From contig CATMWH010000003.1 in NCBI GenBank assembly GCA_950079155.1, positions 172,247-236,246 on the forward strand: a DNA stretch of 64,000 nt, in the 5' to 3' direction. Of the stretch, positions 31,747-40,936 are shown piece after piece. Position 1 is the stretch's first letter. Each line of letters begins with the position of its first letter. Origin of the DNA: an uncultured Christensenella sp. (GTDB taxonomy: Bacteria; Bacillota; Clostridia; Christensenellales; UBA3700). The translations under genes and the position numbers were made by a program. The notes below the pieces were generated by a model that did no database searches, was not told the DNA's origin, and was given only the letters and a program-made list of their open reading frames with translations.

Positions 31747-32415
31747 TTAGATATGCAGGCGTCTTTTGAGTTCGCCGAGATATGAGTCCTTTGCAAAGAA
31801 AGACAGAGCAAGCACGTCGACAAAACCTCTTGCCGTGCAGACGTACCAGCCCCAAGTGCAGGTCTTAGTCCAAAGGAAAGATATGCCTATGCAGATTGCC
31901 GAGAGTGCAAATAATTTTGTCAAAGACATCTCGTAATTACCTCGTCCGCCTTTGTGGGCAAGAGTAAGGATTTCAAGTACGGTTTGCCATACTAATACGA
32001 CTATTGGCATACCCAGTGTGAACGCCCAAGGATTGGCGAGTTTTGACGTCCATATATTGATATAAAACAGCAATGCTATTATACCGATAAAGTCCCAAGT
32101 AAGATGTTTGCGCACGCAAAATCGTTTAATGGTGGGTCTGCTTATGCAAAGCCATATCAAGGCAAATCCGAATATTACGTGGATTGACCAAGACACCTTG
32201 TGATTTACCGCAAGGTTGATAGCCAATACTAAAGCCATTGTAAATATTGAAACAAACAAACTTATCTTCAAAAAAAGTTTTCTTTTTGTCTTTATGTTTA
32301 CTTCGGGATATTCATATATAGTGGAATTTGTCTCGTCGTGAGCAAAGGCTCCGCAGAGAGGGCAGTTTGCCAAGTCGTCGTCGACGAAAACTCCGCATTT
32401 GCGACATTGTTTCAT
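31747..32415 (-). CDS. Zinc-ribbon membrane protein (DUF6320-like)
   Basis: CRKC...CPLC then six TM helices, ending ELKRRLHI; coupled to acyltransferase gene. Confidence 0.7.
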   Translation of the reverse strand: MKQCRKCGVFVDDDLANCPLCGAFAHDETNSTIYEYPEVNIKTKRKLFLKISLFVSIFTMALVLAINLAVNHKVSWSIHVIFGFALIWLCISRPTIKRFCVRKHLTWDFIGIIALLFYINIWTSKLANPWAFTLGMPIVVLVWQTVLEILTLAHKGGRGNYEMSLTKLFALSAICIGISFLWTKTCTWGWYVCTARGFVDVLALSFFAKDSYLGELKRRLHI

Positions 32416-32419
32416 TACA

Positions 32420-33694
32420 TTACCTCCTATTGCTGTTGACAGTCACTTCAATGCCGTGTTCTGTGAGGATTTTGAAGAAATCTCTTTCCAAAATAGGATC
32501 TTTGGAAGTTCGAGAAAACGTCACTACGCTTACGCCGTTATACGACGCGCAAGTCATAGAATTTGTCATATATTTTTGCGGACCTAGCACAAATTCAAAT
32601 CTGTCAATATAATCGTACATTTCTTTTGGCGTGACGACGTTGCCTATGTTGCTGAAAGTGCAGGACATAAGATTTTCGCCCACCAGATAAAATGACATAT
32701 TCATAAAGAACGTCTTCAAAAATCTCGGAGCAACCTTGATTATTGGATTTTTTTCCAAAGATACGTTGGAATTGATAAACTTTTGACAGTAATCCGGAGT
32801 AATTTTTTCCTTGAGTTGGCTGTCCAATTCTTTTACTACTTCTTCAAAAGTCATTTCTTCGGGAGAAAGATTTGTGTTGTAATATCCGGCAAAGTTACGC
32901 AGTGTCTCGGAGCCGAAAATCTTTCTTAGATTTATGGGCACTTGCACTCTTATAGGTTTTTTATGAGTCTTTTTTTCATAAAGTTGTCTTTTCAAAAGCG
33001 CGTATGCAAGCACAGCCGTCAAATAAGTGTTTACGGTACATCCAAACGATTTTGCGACGCTGTGGAGTTGTTCAAAAGGCATACGGCCTTGAGTGACGTT
33101 GAGGACGCCTCTTTTTTCTCTCTGTCCTTTTATTTGATACGCCGACGGCTCTTTTCTCGGCAGCGTACCTTTGCTCTTATCTATAAAACGCGAGAAAGAG
33201 TCTTCTACTTCTTCGGGAGTGGGGTCGTCGTCATAGTGCAATATGTCTCCGACGTTTTCTATCTGCGCCCCGCAAAGTTCACAATATCTCATCACCAGAG
33301 TTTTGAGAAAGGTTATATTACCGGTGCCGTCCGTAATAGAGTGGAATACTTCTACGGATATTCTGTGAGAATGATACAATACTCTAAATACATAGTCTTT
33401 TCCCGTAAGTCGCATCATAGCGCAAGGATAATCAGTTTCTTCCTGGATTTTTGGCTTATGCTCTACAAATTGGAAGTAATACCAAAAGAAGCCTTTTTTC
33501 AAAGTCATTCTAAAAGTTGGGAAGCGGTCTATTACGTCGTCCAGCGCTTGCTGAAGAATTTCCGGTTTGACTTCTTCTTTCATTACTGCAGACATACGGA
33601 ATACGGCGTTCCATCTCGAACTTCTTGCCGCGGGATAAATCTTAGCGGCATTGTCGAGTTTGAACCATTCCTTGTCGAACATTGCGTTTTTCAT
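32420..33694 (-). CDS. Alcohol acetyltransferase / condensation-domain acyltransferase
   Basis: WFKLDNAAKIYPA, FHSITDGTG (HxxxDG), PINLRKIFGSETLRNF, FSNIG. Confidence 0.8.
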   Translation of the reverse strand: MKNAMFDKEWFKLDNAAKIYPAARSSRWNAVFRMSAVMKEEVKPEILQQALDDVIDRFPTFRMTLKKGFFWYYFQFVEHKPKIQEETDYPCAMMRLTGKDYVFRVLYHSHRISVEVFHSITDGTGNITFLKTLVMRYCELCGAQIENVGDILHYDDDPTPEEVEDSFSRFIDKSKGTLPRKEPSAYQIKGQREKRGVLNVTQGRMPFEQLHSVAKSFGCTVNTYLTAVLAYALLKRQLYEKKTHKKPIRVQVPINLRKIFGSETLRNFAGYYNTNLSPEEMTFEEVVKELDSQLKEKITPDYCQKFINSNVSLEKNPIIKVAPRFLKTFFMNMSFYLVGENLMSCTFSNIGNVVTPKEMYDYIDRFEFVLGPQKYMTNSMTCASYNGVSVVTFSRTSKDPILERDFFKILTEHGIEVTVNSNRR

Positions 33695-33950
33695 ATCATA
33701 AATCTCCTAACTTAAACTATTATACATTGTTTTTATAAAAAAAGCAATACCGGATAGTACTTTTTCACAAAACGGCGTAAGACACGACAGTTTTATTTAG
33801 CGCTTAGTTATTTTTGAGCGTATATTTTTATATTCTTGACTATTTTGACAGCGTTTTTTATAAAAGTATTGACAAGATTATTAAATTTAAAGGATAATAT
33901 TAACGAACAGTCGGTTTTAGATTGTATAATATATAATTTGAAGGTGAAAA

Positions 33951-34838
33951 GTGAAAAAGATTATTTGTTTAACCGTTGCGCTTTTGATTGTGTCAAGTAT
34001 TGCCATATCGGCAATGGGGTGCGTCGGCGGTGTTGATTTGCAAGTTATGGACAAAAATCTCGGCAATTACGAGGGTAAGAAAGCAGTCGCAGGAATGAGC
34101 GCATTTGATATCGTAATGGAAGCGTACGACAACTTTTTGAAAGAGCCTAATTACACGAGAGAGGAGTATTTTGCTTTTTCTTCTTCTGTAGCCAAGCGCA
34201 ACACGCATCTTATTCGTAAAATCGACGGCAGTAAAGTATACAATCAAGAGGTCATATACGGTACGGGATTTGACAAAGGTACTTGCGCAAAGCGATTTTA
34301 TTATGACACGAATACGGCGAGTTATTTGCATAATTCTAAAAAAAGCGATATAAAGTACGACGCGTCGACAGGTAAGTTTACCGTAAAGAATTGGGGAGAA
34401 TTTCAGCCTTTTTACGGTGATTTGCAAAAAGAACTTTATGAACTTAAGAGTAAAATCACCACTTATGATATTTACAGCAGAGACAACTTATCTCCTACGC
34501 ACGACGACGGCGTTTATATGACCGACGGAGTGTACTACTGCACCATCAAGATAGACTGTAGCCAAGACAAGATGAAGACTGTGCAGAGAGCGGCGCTCGA
34601 CGAATTTTTGGATATGCTTAGCGCAAAAGAAGATGGATTCGAGATAGAAGATACGACTATTGATTTTGCTATTATAAACGTGGACGGAGTATACAAATTC
34701 CGTATATGGAGACGCCACGAGAAATACTCGGGCAGACATAGCAGCGGTATCAGAGTGTCTTGCGAGCAAACTTGCGTCAGTTATTATACATATAAAAACG
34801 CCGTTATCTCAAGCGATGATCTTCTTAATTTGGCGTAG
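33951..34838 (+). CDS. Putative lipoprotein
   Basis: Signal peptide with AMG-C; first gene of the GH20 operon. Confidence 0.65.
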   Translation: MKKIICLTVALLIVSSIAISAMGCVGGVDLQVMDKNLGNYEGKKAVAGMSAFDIVMEAYDNFLKEPNYTREEYFAFSSSVAKRNTHLIRKIDGSKVYNQEVIYGTGFDKGTCAKRFYYDTNTASYLHNSKKSDIKYDASTGKFTVKNWGEFQPFYGDLQKELYELKSKITTYDIYSRDNLSPTHDDGVYMTDGVYYCTIKIDCSQDKMKTVQRAALDEFLDMLSAKEDGFEIEDTTIDFAIINVDGVYKFRIWRRHEKYSGRHSSGIRVSCEQTCVSYYTYKNAVISSDDLLNLA

Positions 34839-34873
34839 AACTTAATATGTAAAAAATTTTGGGGGAAGAAATA

Positions 34874-36445
34874 ATGGAAAGATTAAAACTTATACCTTAT
34901 CCGGCGAGTGTAGAAATTTTTGAGGGTAATTTAGATTGCAAAGAAATCAACTTGATTGGAGAGCCGTGTTTTGCTTTTGATTTTTTTAAAGACTTTGCGC
35001 ATAAAAATTCTTTAACATTGTTAGATAACGGCGTAAAAATTCAATATTGTATTGACAGTGATTTGGCTATTGACGAGGAGGGGTATTTTCTTGAAATCAA
35101 CGCGTCCGGCATTAGCATAAACGCAAACAGTAAGAAAGGAGTGAATTATGCGTTTTGTTCGTTAGTACATCTATTTTCAAACTATGACGGCGTTTTGCCG
35201 TATTGTAAGATACAAGACGAGCCGTATTTGAAATTCAGAGGAATGCTGCTGGACAACGGAAGATACTTTTTTCCCATCGATGAAGTACTGAAATACGTAG
35301 ATTTTTGTTTTCTCAACAAACTCAACGTATTACATTGGCATTTGACGGAAGATCAAGGCTGGAGAATAGAGATTGACAAGTATCCGTTGCTCACGCAAAA
35401 GGGCAGTAAGCGCTCCCATACCAATTTTGGAATCAAGCCTCACGGCGGATTTTATACAAAAGAGCAAATAAGGCAGGTTATTGCTTATGCCAACGAACGT
35501 AACGTCGAAGTAATGCCCGAAATAGATTTGCCGGGTCACGCTCAAGCGGCGCTTGCTTGTTATCCTTATCTTGGCTGTTTTGACAGAAAGTTGAAGGTAG
35601 CCACGCATTGGGGAGTCAAGCACGATCCGCTTTGCGCAGGCAAAGAGAGTACTTACGAATGGGTGTTTGACGTATTGGGCGAAGTAATAGATATTTTTGG
35701 CGGCAATACGAAGTATATACATATTGGCGGAGACGAAGTATTCAGGCACAGATGGACTCTGTGTGAGAATTGTCAAGCGACAATTGCAAAATACGGGCTC
35801 AAAGACGAAGAGGAATTGCAAGCGCATTTTATGCGCAGAGTATGCGAATTTGTTGTTGAAAGGGGTTGTATCCCTATGGCTTGGAACGGCGTAAATGTAG
35901 AAAAGACTGTTCACGAAAAGGTTATATGGCATTTTTGGAGCGACGAGCGAGGCGGAAGCGATAGACTTGTCAAAAGTCTGGCGCATCAAAGCGGAGGATA
36001 TCTCAACAGTAATTCAAAATATAACTACGTAGATTTTCCATACGGTATGACCAGTTTGAAAAAGAGTTATGAACTAAAGCCGTTGCCCGACGATATGGAG
36101 CGCGATAAATTGGTGGGAGCGGAACTCACTCTTTGGACGGAATATATCCCCAATTTTAAGAAAGCCTGCAGATATCTTTTACCGCGTACTCAGGCGCTTT
36201 CAGAGTCAATGTGGAATGATGGAGAAAAGGATTATCAGGAGTTTGAGAAGAGACTTGTGCCGACTCTCAATCTATTTGAGAAACAAGGCTTTAAGTCCGC
36301 GTCTTTGAGATGGGCAAATCCGTCAAAGTTTTTAGGTAAGTGCCAGAATGCCTGGTTTAACCGTCGCGTACTGCATTGGCAGGGATTGCACAATCTTATC
36401 GACGATGCAATCGTCACCGGAAAGTATGGCAAAAAAAGGAAGTAA
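34874..36445 (+). CDS. GH20 beta-N-acetylhexosaminidase
   Basis: RGMLLDNGRYF, KLNVLHWHLTEDQGWR, PEIDLPGH, HIGGDE catalytic motif, LWTEY. Confidence 0.92.
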   Translation: MERLKLIPYPASVEIFEGNLDCKEINLIGEPCFAFDFFKDFAHKNSLTLLDNGVKIQYCIDSDLAIDEEGYFLEINASGISINANSKKGVNYAFCSLVHLFSNYDGVLPYCKIQDEPYLKFRGMLLDNGRYFFPIDEVLKYVDFCFLNKLNVLHWHLTEDQGWRIEIDKYPLLTQKGSKRSHTNFGIKPHGGFYTKEQIRQVIAYANERNVEVMPEIDLPGHAQAALACYPYLGCFDRKLKVATHWGVKHDPLCAGKESTYEWVFDVLGEVIDIFGGNTKYIHIGGDEVFRHRWTLCENCQATIAKYGLKDEEELQAHFMRRVCEFVVERGCIPMAWNGVNVEKTVHEKVIWHFWSDERGGSDRLVKSLAHQSGGYLNSNSKYNYVDFPYGMTSLKKSYELKPLPDDMERDKLVGAELTLWTEYIPNFKKACRYLLPRTQALSESMWNDGEKDYQEFEKRLVPTLNLFEKQGFKSASLRWANPSKFLGKCQNAWFNRRVLHWQGLHNLIDDAIVTGKYGKKRK

Positions 36446-36706
36446 GTATCATTTTTTTATATGATATAATAGTCTTAAGGGCGTAATAATGTCAAATGCG
36501 CAAAGATTTATATGGAAATAATTCAAATTACTGCTAAAAAATAATTATGATTATACTGCGGTAAATAATTTTCATAAAAATTTAAAAAAGCTAACACAAA
36601 TGCGATATTGTATGCTATACTTAATACAAAGCACGCTATTTTGGCGCGCGCAGTAGAGATTATGATAAGAATGTGAAATATTATGCGCTTTAGCGCAGGA
36701 GGAAAT

Positions 36707-38512
36707 ATGGGAAAACAAAACATCTTTAAAAAAGTCGGTTTTTTTGTGACAGACTTTTTCAAGCATTGGAATACTCCTCCCAAAGAGGGATATTACTTGC
36801 CAAACAGGGAATTTGTCGCTTATGCCGTAGGCGGAATGGGAGTGCAGGGATTTGGTATCTTGACCCAATACTTTGCAATCAACGTAGGCGTGCACCTTTC
36901 GCTTGTCTACAATTTCGACGCTATGATAGTTCAGTACACCACTTGGATTATTGCGTTGCTTACGCTTTTCCGCGCGCCTATAGTCGGTTGGATAATTGAC
37001 AATACCAATACCAAGTGGGGAAAATACAGACCGTATTTGCTCTTTACCGGCGTTTTGTGCGTACTGAGTTATTGGCTTTTGGCGTTTATACCCGATTGGT
37101 TTATGCCGGAAAACGCATTGGAACATACTGCCAAGACTCAATGGCTAGTGGTCGGTTCTTATCAGTTGATATTATTTATTGCGGCGACAGTCTTCAGTTT
37201 TTTCTCTTTCGGTAGAACCGGACTTGCGCAAGTTATTACCCCCAACACAAACGAACGTACCAAGTTATATTCGGTCGGCGGTGTTATAGACTCGCTCGGA
37301 CCTTCCATAGTACAGATGTTTTTCCCACTTATTGCAGGTGGAATTTACGGCCAGTCGGGATCTGTATACGGCGACGAGTTCGGACAGATGACTTCGGATC
37401 AGATCCGCAATATGGGATTGAGACTTACATACGGTATGGATAATATAAATACATATAAGGCCGTATTTCCTATAGTCGGTCTTATATGCGTGGCTCTTTC
37501 GTTGGTTATGTTCTTCGGAACAAAAGAGAGGATCATACACGAAAAGAAAGTCAAAGAAAAAATCGGCTTCTTGGCAGGCATCAAGAAGAGTATGAAAAAC
37601 CAGTACTTCTGGATTTTCAATATCTCCAACATACTTGCTTTTGGAAGACTTTTGATATTCTCCGCAACCAACTACGTCTGTCTTTACATTCTCGGTGGAC
37701 AATTGGGTACGGCTATGAGAGGTATAATGCCGACGCTTGCGTCAGTAGGTTTTGTACCCGGAATGTTGTTCTCGCCTATTATCCAAAAGAAACTGGGTAA
37801 AAAGAATATGACGTTGTTATCGTTTGCTGGCTCAACGGTAATATCAGCGTTGCTATTGATATTGTTTAAATTCGCATATCACTCTTCCGTAACGGCTTGG
37901 GTATACTTCGTCGGAGTATTCGTCCATAATATCTTTGCCGCTTTGTGGACGGTTACGTCACCTGCTATGACGGCAGACTATTGCGAATATCAGCAATGGA
38001 AGACAGGTGAAAGACTTGACGGATATATGTCACAGTTTTCATCAGTAATCACCACTGTATGCGGAATGTTGTCAGGTTGGCTTACTACCACGCTTTTGAT
38101 TAAATTCGCAGGCGCTGCGTCAGCAGAAGACTACGGTGAAGAAGGCGTTATGCAAAGCGTGTTGATCATATGGGGCATACTAAGTATCGTCTGCGGTATT
38201 CTTGCAATCATTCCGTTCCTTTTCTGGAATTTGAATGAGAAGAAACAACTTGAGATGGCAAAAGACATCAAGATAAGAGGATATAAAGAACAACTCGAAG
38301 CAAATACGCTGACTCAAGATGATATCGCAGAGGTCGTGGCTCTAGGAGTGCTGACTCAAGAGCAAGCCTTGGAAATGGGATTTGTATTTGAAGAAAAGTC
38401 GGGAGAACAAAGTGCGGTTTTTGAAACAACAGAGCAAGATCAGTTGACAGTCGACGAAGTGACGACTGACGAAGACGCAGAGAATTCCGACAGCGAAAAT
38501 AAATCGGAATAA
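36707..38512 (+). CDS. MFS sugar transporter, GPH family
   Basis: IDNTNTKWGKYRPYLL, ITPNTNER, ADYCEYQQWKTGER; about 12 TM; RBS aggagg. Confidence 0.88.
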   Translation: MGKQNIFKKVGFFVTDFFKHWNTPPKEGYYLPNREFVAYAVGGMGVQGFGILTQYFAINVGVHLSLVYNFDAMIVQYTTWIIALLTLFRAPIVGWIIDNTNTKWGKYRPYLLFTGVLCVLSYWLLAFIPDWFMPENALEHTAKTQWLVVGSYQLILFIAATVFSFFSFGRTGLAQVITPNTNERTKLYSVGGVIDSLGPSIVQMFFPLIAGGIYGQSGSVYGDEFGQMTSDQIRNMGLRLTYGMDNINTYKAVFPIVGLICVALSLVMFFGTKERIIHEKKVKEKIGFLAGIKKSMKNQYFWIFNISNILAFGRLLIFSATNYVCLYILGGQLGTAMRGIMPTLASVGFVPGMLFSPIIQKKLGKKNMTLLSFAGSTVISALLLILFKFAYHSSVTAWVYFVGVFVHNIFAALWTVTSPAMTADYCEYQQWKTGERLDGYMSQFSSVITTVCGMLSGWLTTTLLIKFAGAASAEDYGEEGVMQSVLIIWGILSIVCGILAIIPFLFWNLNEKKQLEMAKDIKIRGYKEQLEANTLTQDDIAEVVALGVLTQEQALEMGFVFEEKSGEQSAVFETTEQDQLTVDEVTTDEDAENSDSENKSE

Positions 38513-38528
38513 GTATAGAAGTAATAGG

Positions 38529-38561
38529 ATTGGGATGGAGTATTGCTCTGTCCCAATTTTT
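38529..38561 (+). terminator. Intrinsic terminator after MFS gene
   Basis: attgggatggag-tattg-ctctgtcccaat then T-tract. Confidence 0.65.
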
Positions 38562-38656
38562 AATATATCCAATGGTAATTCGCGCCGATATAATTGATAT
38601 ATAATGGGCGATATACTTTAAATAACACCCATTATATTTTGATGACAAGGAGTGAT

Positions 38657-38812
38657 ATGAATAATATAATAGAAATCAAAGATTTAAAGAAACATTTCAA
38701 AGAAGTCAAAGCTGTGGACGGTATATCCTTTTTATTTTCTTTTTGTGTACTTATTATAATTTATATTATGAAATATAATTCAAAAGAAGCAAAGAGGGGC
38801 TCGACCAAATAA
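38657..38812 (+). pseudogene. 5' remnant of an ABC transporter ATP-binding gene
   Basis: RBS aaggag, MNNIIEIKDLKKHFKEVKAVDGISF, then similarity is lost before Walker A. Confidence 0.65.
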
Positions 38813-38935
38813 TCTTACAACTGTTTACACCAAACTGCTGTGTCGTTCTAATTTGACGATTTTATCTTTTTTTATATTTAATCATTACTGCTGTCAATAA
38901 AAATATTACGTTCAAAAATTTAATCGCAAAAATAT

Positions 38936-38964
38936 TTGACACATTTAGTTCATTCATTTATAAT
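38936..38964 (+). promoter_or_regulatory. Consensus sigmaA promoter for tRNA-Thr locus
   Basis: TTGACA-17-TATAAT about 100 bp upstream of the tRNA 5' half. Confidence 0.75.
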
Positions 38965-39060
38965 AACTAAGATAGCATTGAAAATCGCTGTAACCAAACT
39001 TAATATTTATAATCTGATATTGATAATGTATTAAGTAAATTATTAAATAGTTTAGAATAC

Positions 39061-39099
39061 GCTGCTATGGCTCAGCAGGTAGAGCACGTCCTTGGTAAG
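39061..39099 (+). repeat. Orphan 5' half of tRNA-Thr (attL; core TTGGTAAG 39092-39099)
   Basis: Identical to 39226-39264, stops just after the anticodon loop. Confidence 0.9.
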
Positions 39100-39182
39100 T
39101 ATTTACTTAACCAATGAAAAAGGTCTTAAAAGACCATAAAAAGGGTAAATTTAACACTTTTAAGCCCTATAACGAAAATACC

Positions 39183-39213
39183 TGTAAAAAAAGTGTAAAA
39201 ACAGTTGTAAAAA
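39183..39213 (+). promoter_or_regulatory. Candidate integrase arm-type sites
   Basis: tgtaaaa x3 at 39183, 39194, 39206; aaaagtgtaaaa (39189-39200) recurs at 45361-45372 near the other end. Confidence 0.5.
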
Positions 39214-39225
39214 TCAGTTAAGTTT

Positions 39226-39301
<76 letters not shown>

Positions 39302-39307
39302 GTGTAA

Positions 39308-39340
39308 GGCACTCTCAAAGTTTTGAGAGTGTCACTTTTT
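39308..39340 (+). terminator. Terminator of element-borne tRNA
   Basis: ggcactctcaaa-gt-tttgagagtgtc then T-tract; homologous to 45572-45604. Confidence 0.8.
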
Positions 39341-39507
39341 ATACGCTAACACGGAGTTTTAATTATAAAGTAAAATCTTTATGCTATTGTCAATACAAAG
39401 TGCCCGAACACATTCTATGTGGATTTATGATTTAAAAAATAAATTTTTAAACTTGTTTCATTTGACTTAGTACTCAACTTGAGTAACTTAGAGGACTTTC
39501 TCATTTA

Positions 39508-39885
39508 TTAATCTTTATAATATTTTTGTTTGTACTCAATAAATTTTTCTTTATAAGTAGGACCATCTACTATACAATCGATTAAAATATGAAAAACTGT
39601 TTCAAGTCTATAATTTATGAGGTCTAATTCTTCAGGAGTAAAATCGTTGCTGACATCAGGAATCATTTTCAATAAACATATTAGGTCGTCTATAATCAAC
39701 GGACCAATTTTTCTAAATGGCACTTTTGAGAAAATAATATCAAGTGTATTAATTAGTTCAGTAGAGAAAAGTTTAGATATTTCTAATTCATCGTCACGTA
39801 GTGGCTTTTTATCTTCAACAATAGGTAGTTCATTTTCATACAAGGTATCTATTAATTCTTTAAAGTCTTTATTTTGTTTTTCCAT
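39508..39885 (-). CDS. Hypothetical protein (element cargo, third gene of operon)
   Basis: RBS gagg; acidic, helical-looking; no family recognised. Confidence 0.7.
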   Translation of the reverse strand: MEKQNKDFKELIDTLYENELPIVEDKKPLRDDELEISKLFSTELINTLDIIFSKVPFRKIGPLIIDDLICLLKMIPDVSNDFTPEELDLINYRLETVFHILIDCIVDGPTYKEKFIEYKQKYYKD

Positions 39886-39891
39886 TTTTGT

Positions 39892-40362
39892 TTACCTCAA
39901 TTTTGCATAATCTGGCATTGGCGGAGTTATTACAAATCCATCTTTTTCTTCTATTGGAATTTCGTGTTCTGGGTTTTCAAGATTCCATTGAACTATTGTA
40001 TAGTCCCACATTGTTGGTATTTTTGCCCCATTGTATTGTAAAGGTCCATGATAGGGGGGGGTCATAAACTTAATAAAGGCCTCGAGTTGACTTTTAGTAA
40101 ATTTACCACTTGACTTATCATGAATAAAATATTCAGATTTATCTAACTTAATACATATATTAAGTTCAGCGCCCATTGTTGAATCATCCCCAATATGGAC
40201 ATGTACTTGGGGAAATCCTTTATCACTTGTAGTAAAAACCTTAAGTCTGTCGCCTTTTGGTTTATTTTCTTTAATTTCTTGGAAATATCCTACAGTAGCC
40301 ATTTCAAAGACATAACCCTCTTTTTTCATTTGCTCAATTAATTCTTTTTCAACTCTATCCAT
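39892..40362 (-). CDS. Hypothetical cargo protein with leader MDRVEKEL...GYVFE-M; DUF4160-like HxH motif
   Basis: RBS aggaga; FPQVHVHI, EYFIH, QWNLENP, MPDYAKL. Confidence 0.7.
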   Translation of the reverse strand: MDRVEKELIEQMKKEGYVFEMATVGYFQEIKENKPKGDRLKVFTTSDKGFPQVHVHIGDDSTMGAELNICIKLDKSEYFIHDKSSGKFTKSQLEAFIKFMTPPYHGPLQYNGAKIPTMWDYTIVQWNLENPEHEIPIEEKDGFVITPPMPDYAKLR

Positions 40363-40378
40363 TTCAAAATTTCTCTCC

Positions 40379-40765
40379 TTAAATACTTTTCATATCAAAT
40401 ATGAAATCATAGATATCATAATCTTCATCCTGATTATAAAATTTGATTAGATTATCGTAGTTAAGGTTAATCCATTTTGATATGGGTTTCATATCCAATT
40501 TACCTTTTTTCAATTTACCAATGCAAGGGTAAATTTCCTGCTTTTCAAAAAAAGGAATAGTAATAAAGTCATCTGGATGTGGGCCATATTTTAGCCTATA
40601 AGGGTTATGTCCAACCTCTCTTTTTTCACCTAAATCATCTAACCAAACTTTATAAGGTAGTTTAGACCTTTTAGGTTGAATAGTTGACATTTCAAAGGCC
40701 GTTCCTTCAAAGGCATAACCCTCTTTCTTTAACTGCTTGTACAATTCTTTTTCAATTCTATCCAT
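40379..40765 (-). CDS. Hypothetical cargo protein with leader MDRIEKEL...GYAFEGTAFE-M
   Basis: RBS aaggag; LPYKVWLDD, GHNPYRLK, KWINLNYDNLIKFYN. Confidence 0.7.
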   Translation of the reverse strand: MDRIEKELYKQLKKEGYAFEGTAFEMSTIQPKRSKLPYKVWLDDLGEKREVGHNPYRLKYGPHPDDFITIPFFEKQEIYPCIGKLKKGKLDMKPISKWINLNYDNLIKFYNQDEDYDIYDFIFDMKSI

Positions 40766-40936
40766 TTTTATTTGGCTCCTTATTTTATATCAAAATTGGA
40801 AATCTTACCTTTCTTTGTGAACTCTATTGGCTCATATCCTGTACATTTCTTTTCTTGACATTTAGGTCAGTTTTGTGTGTCCATGGTTACTATATCACAT
40901 TTACATTGGATTTGATATAGATTATTAATGAAAAGT

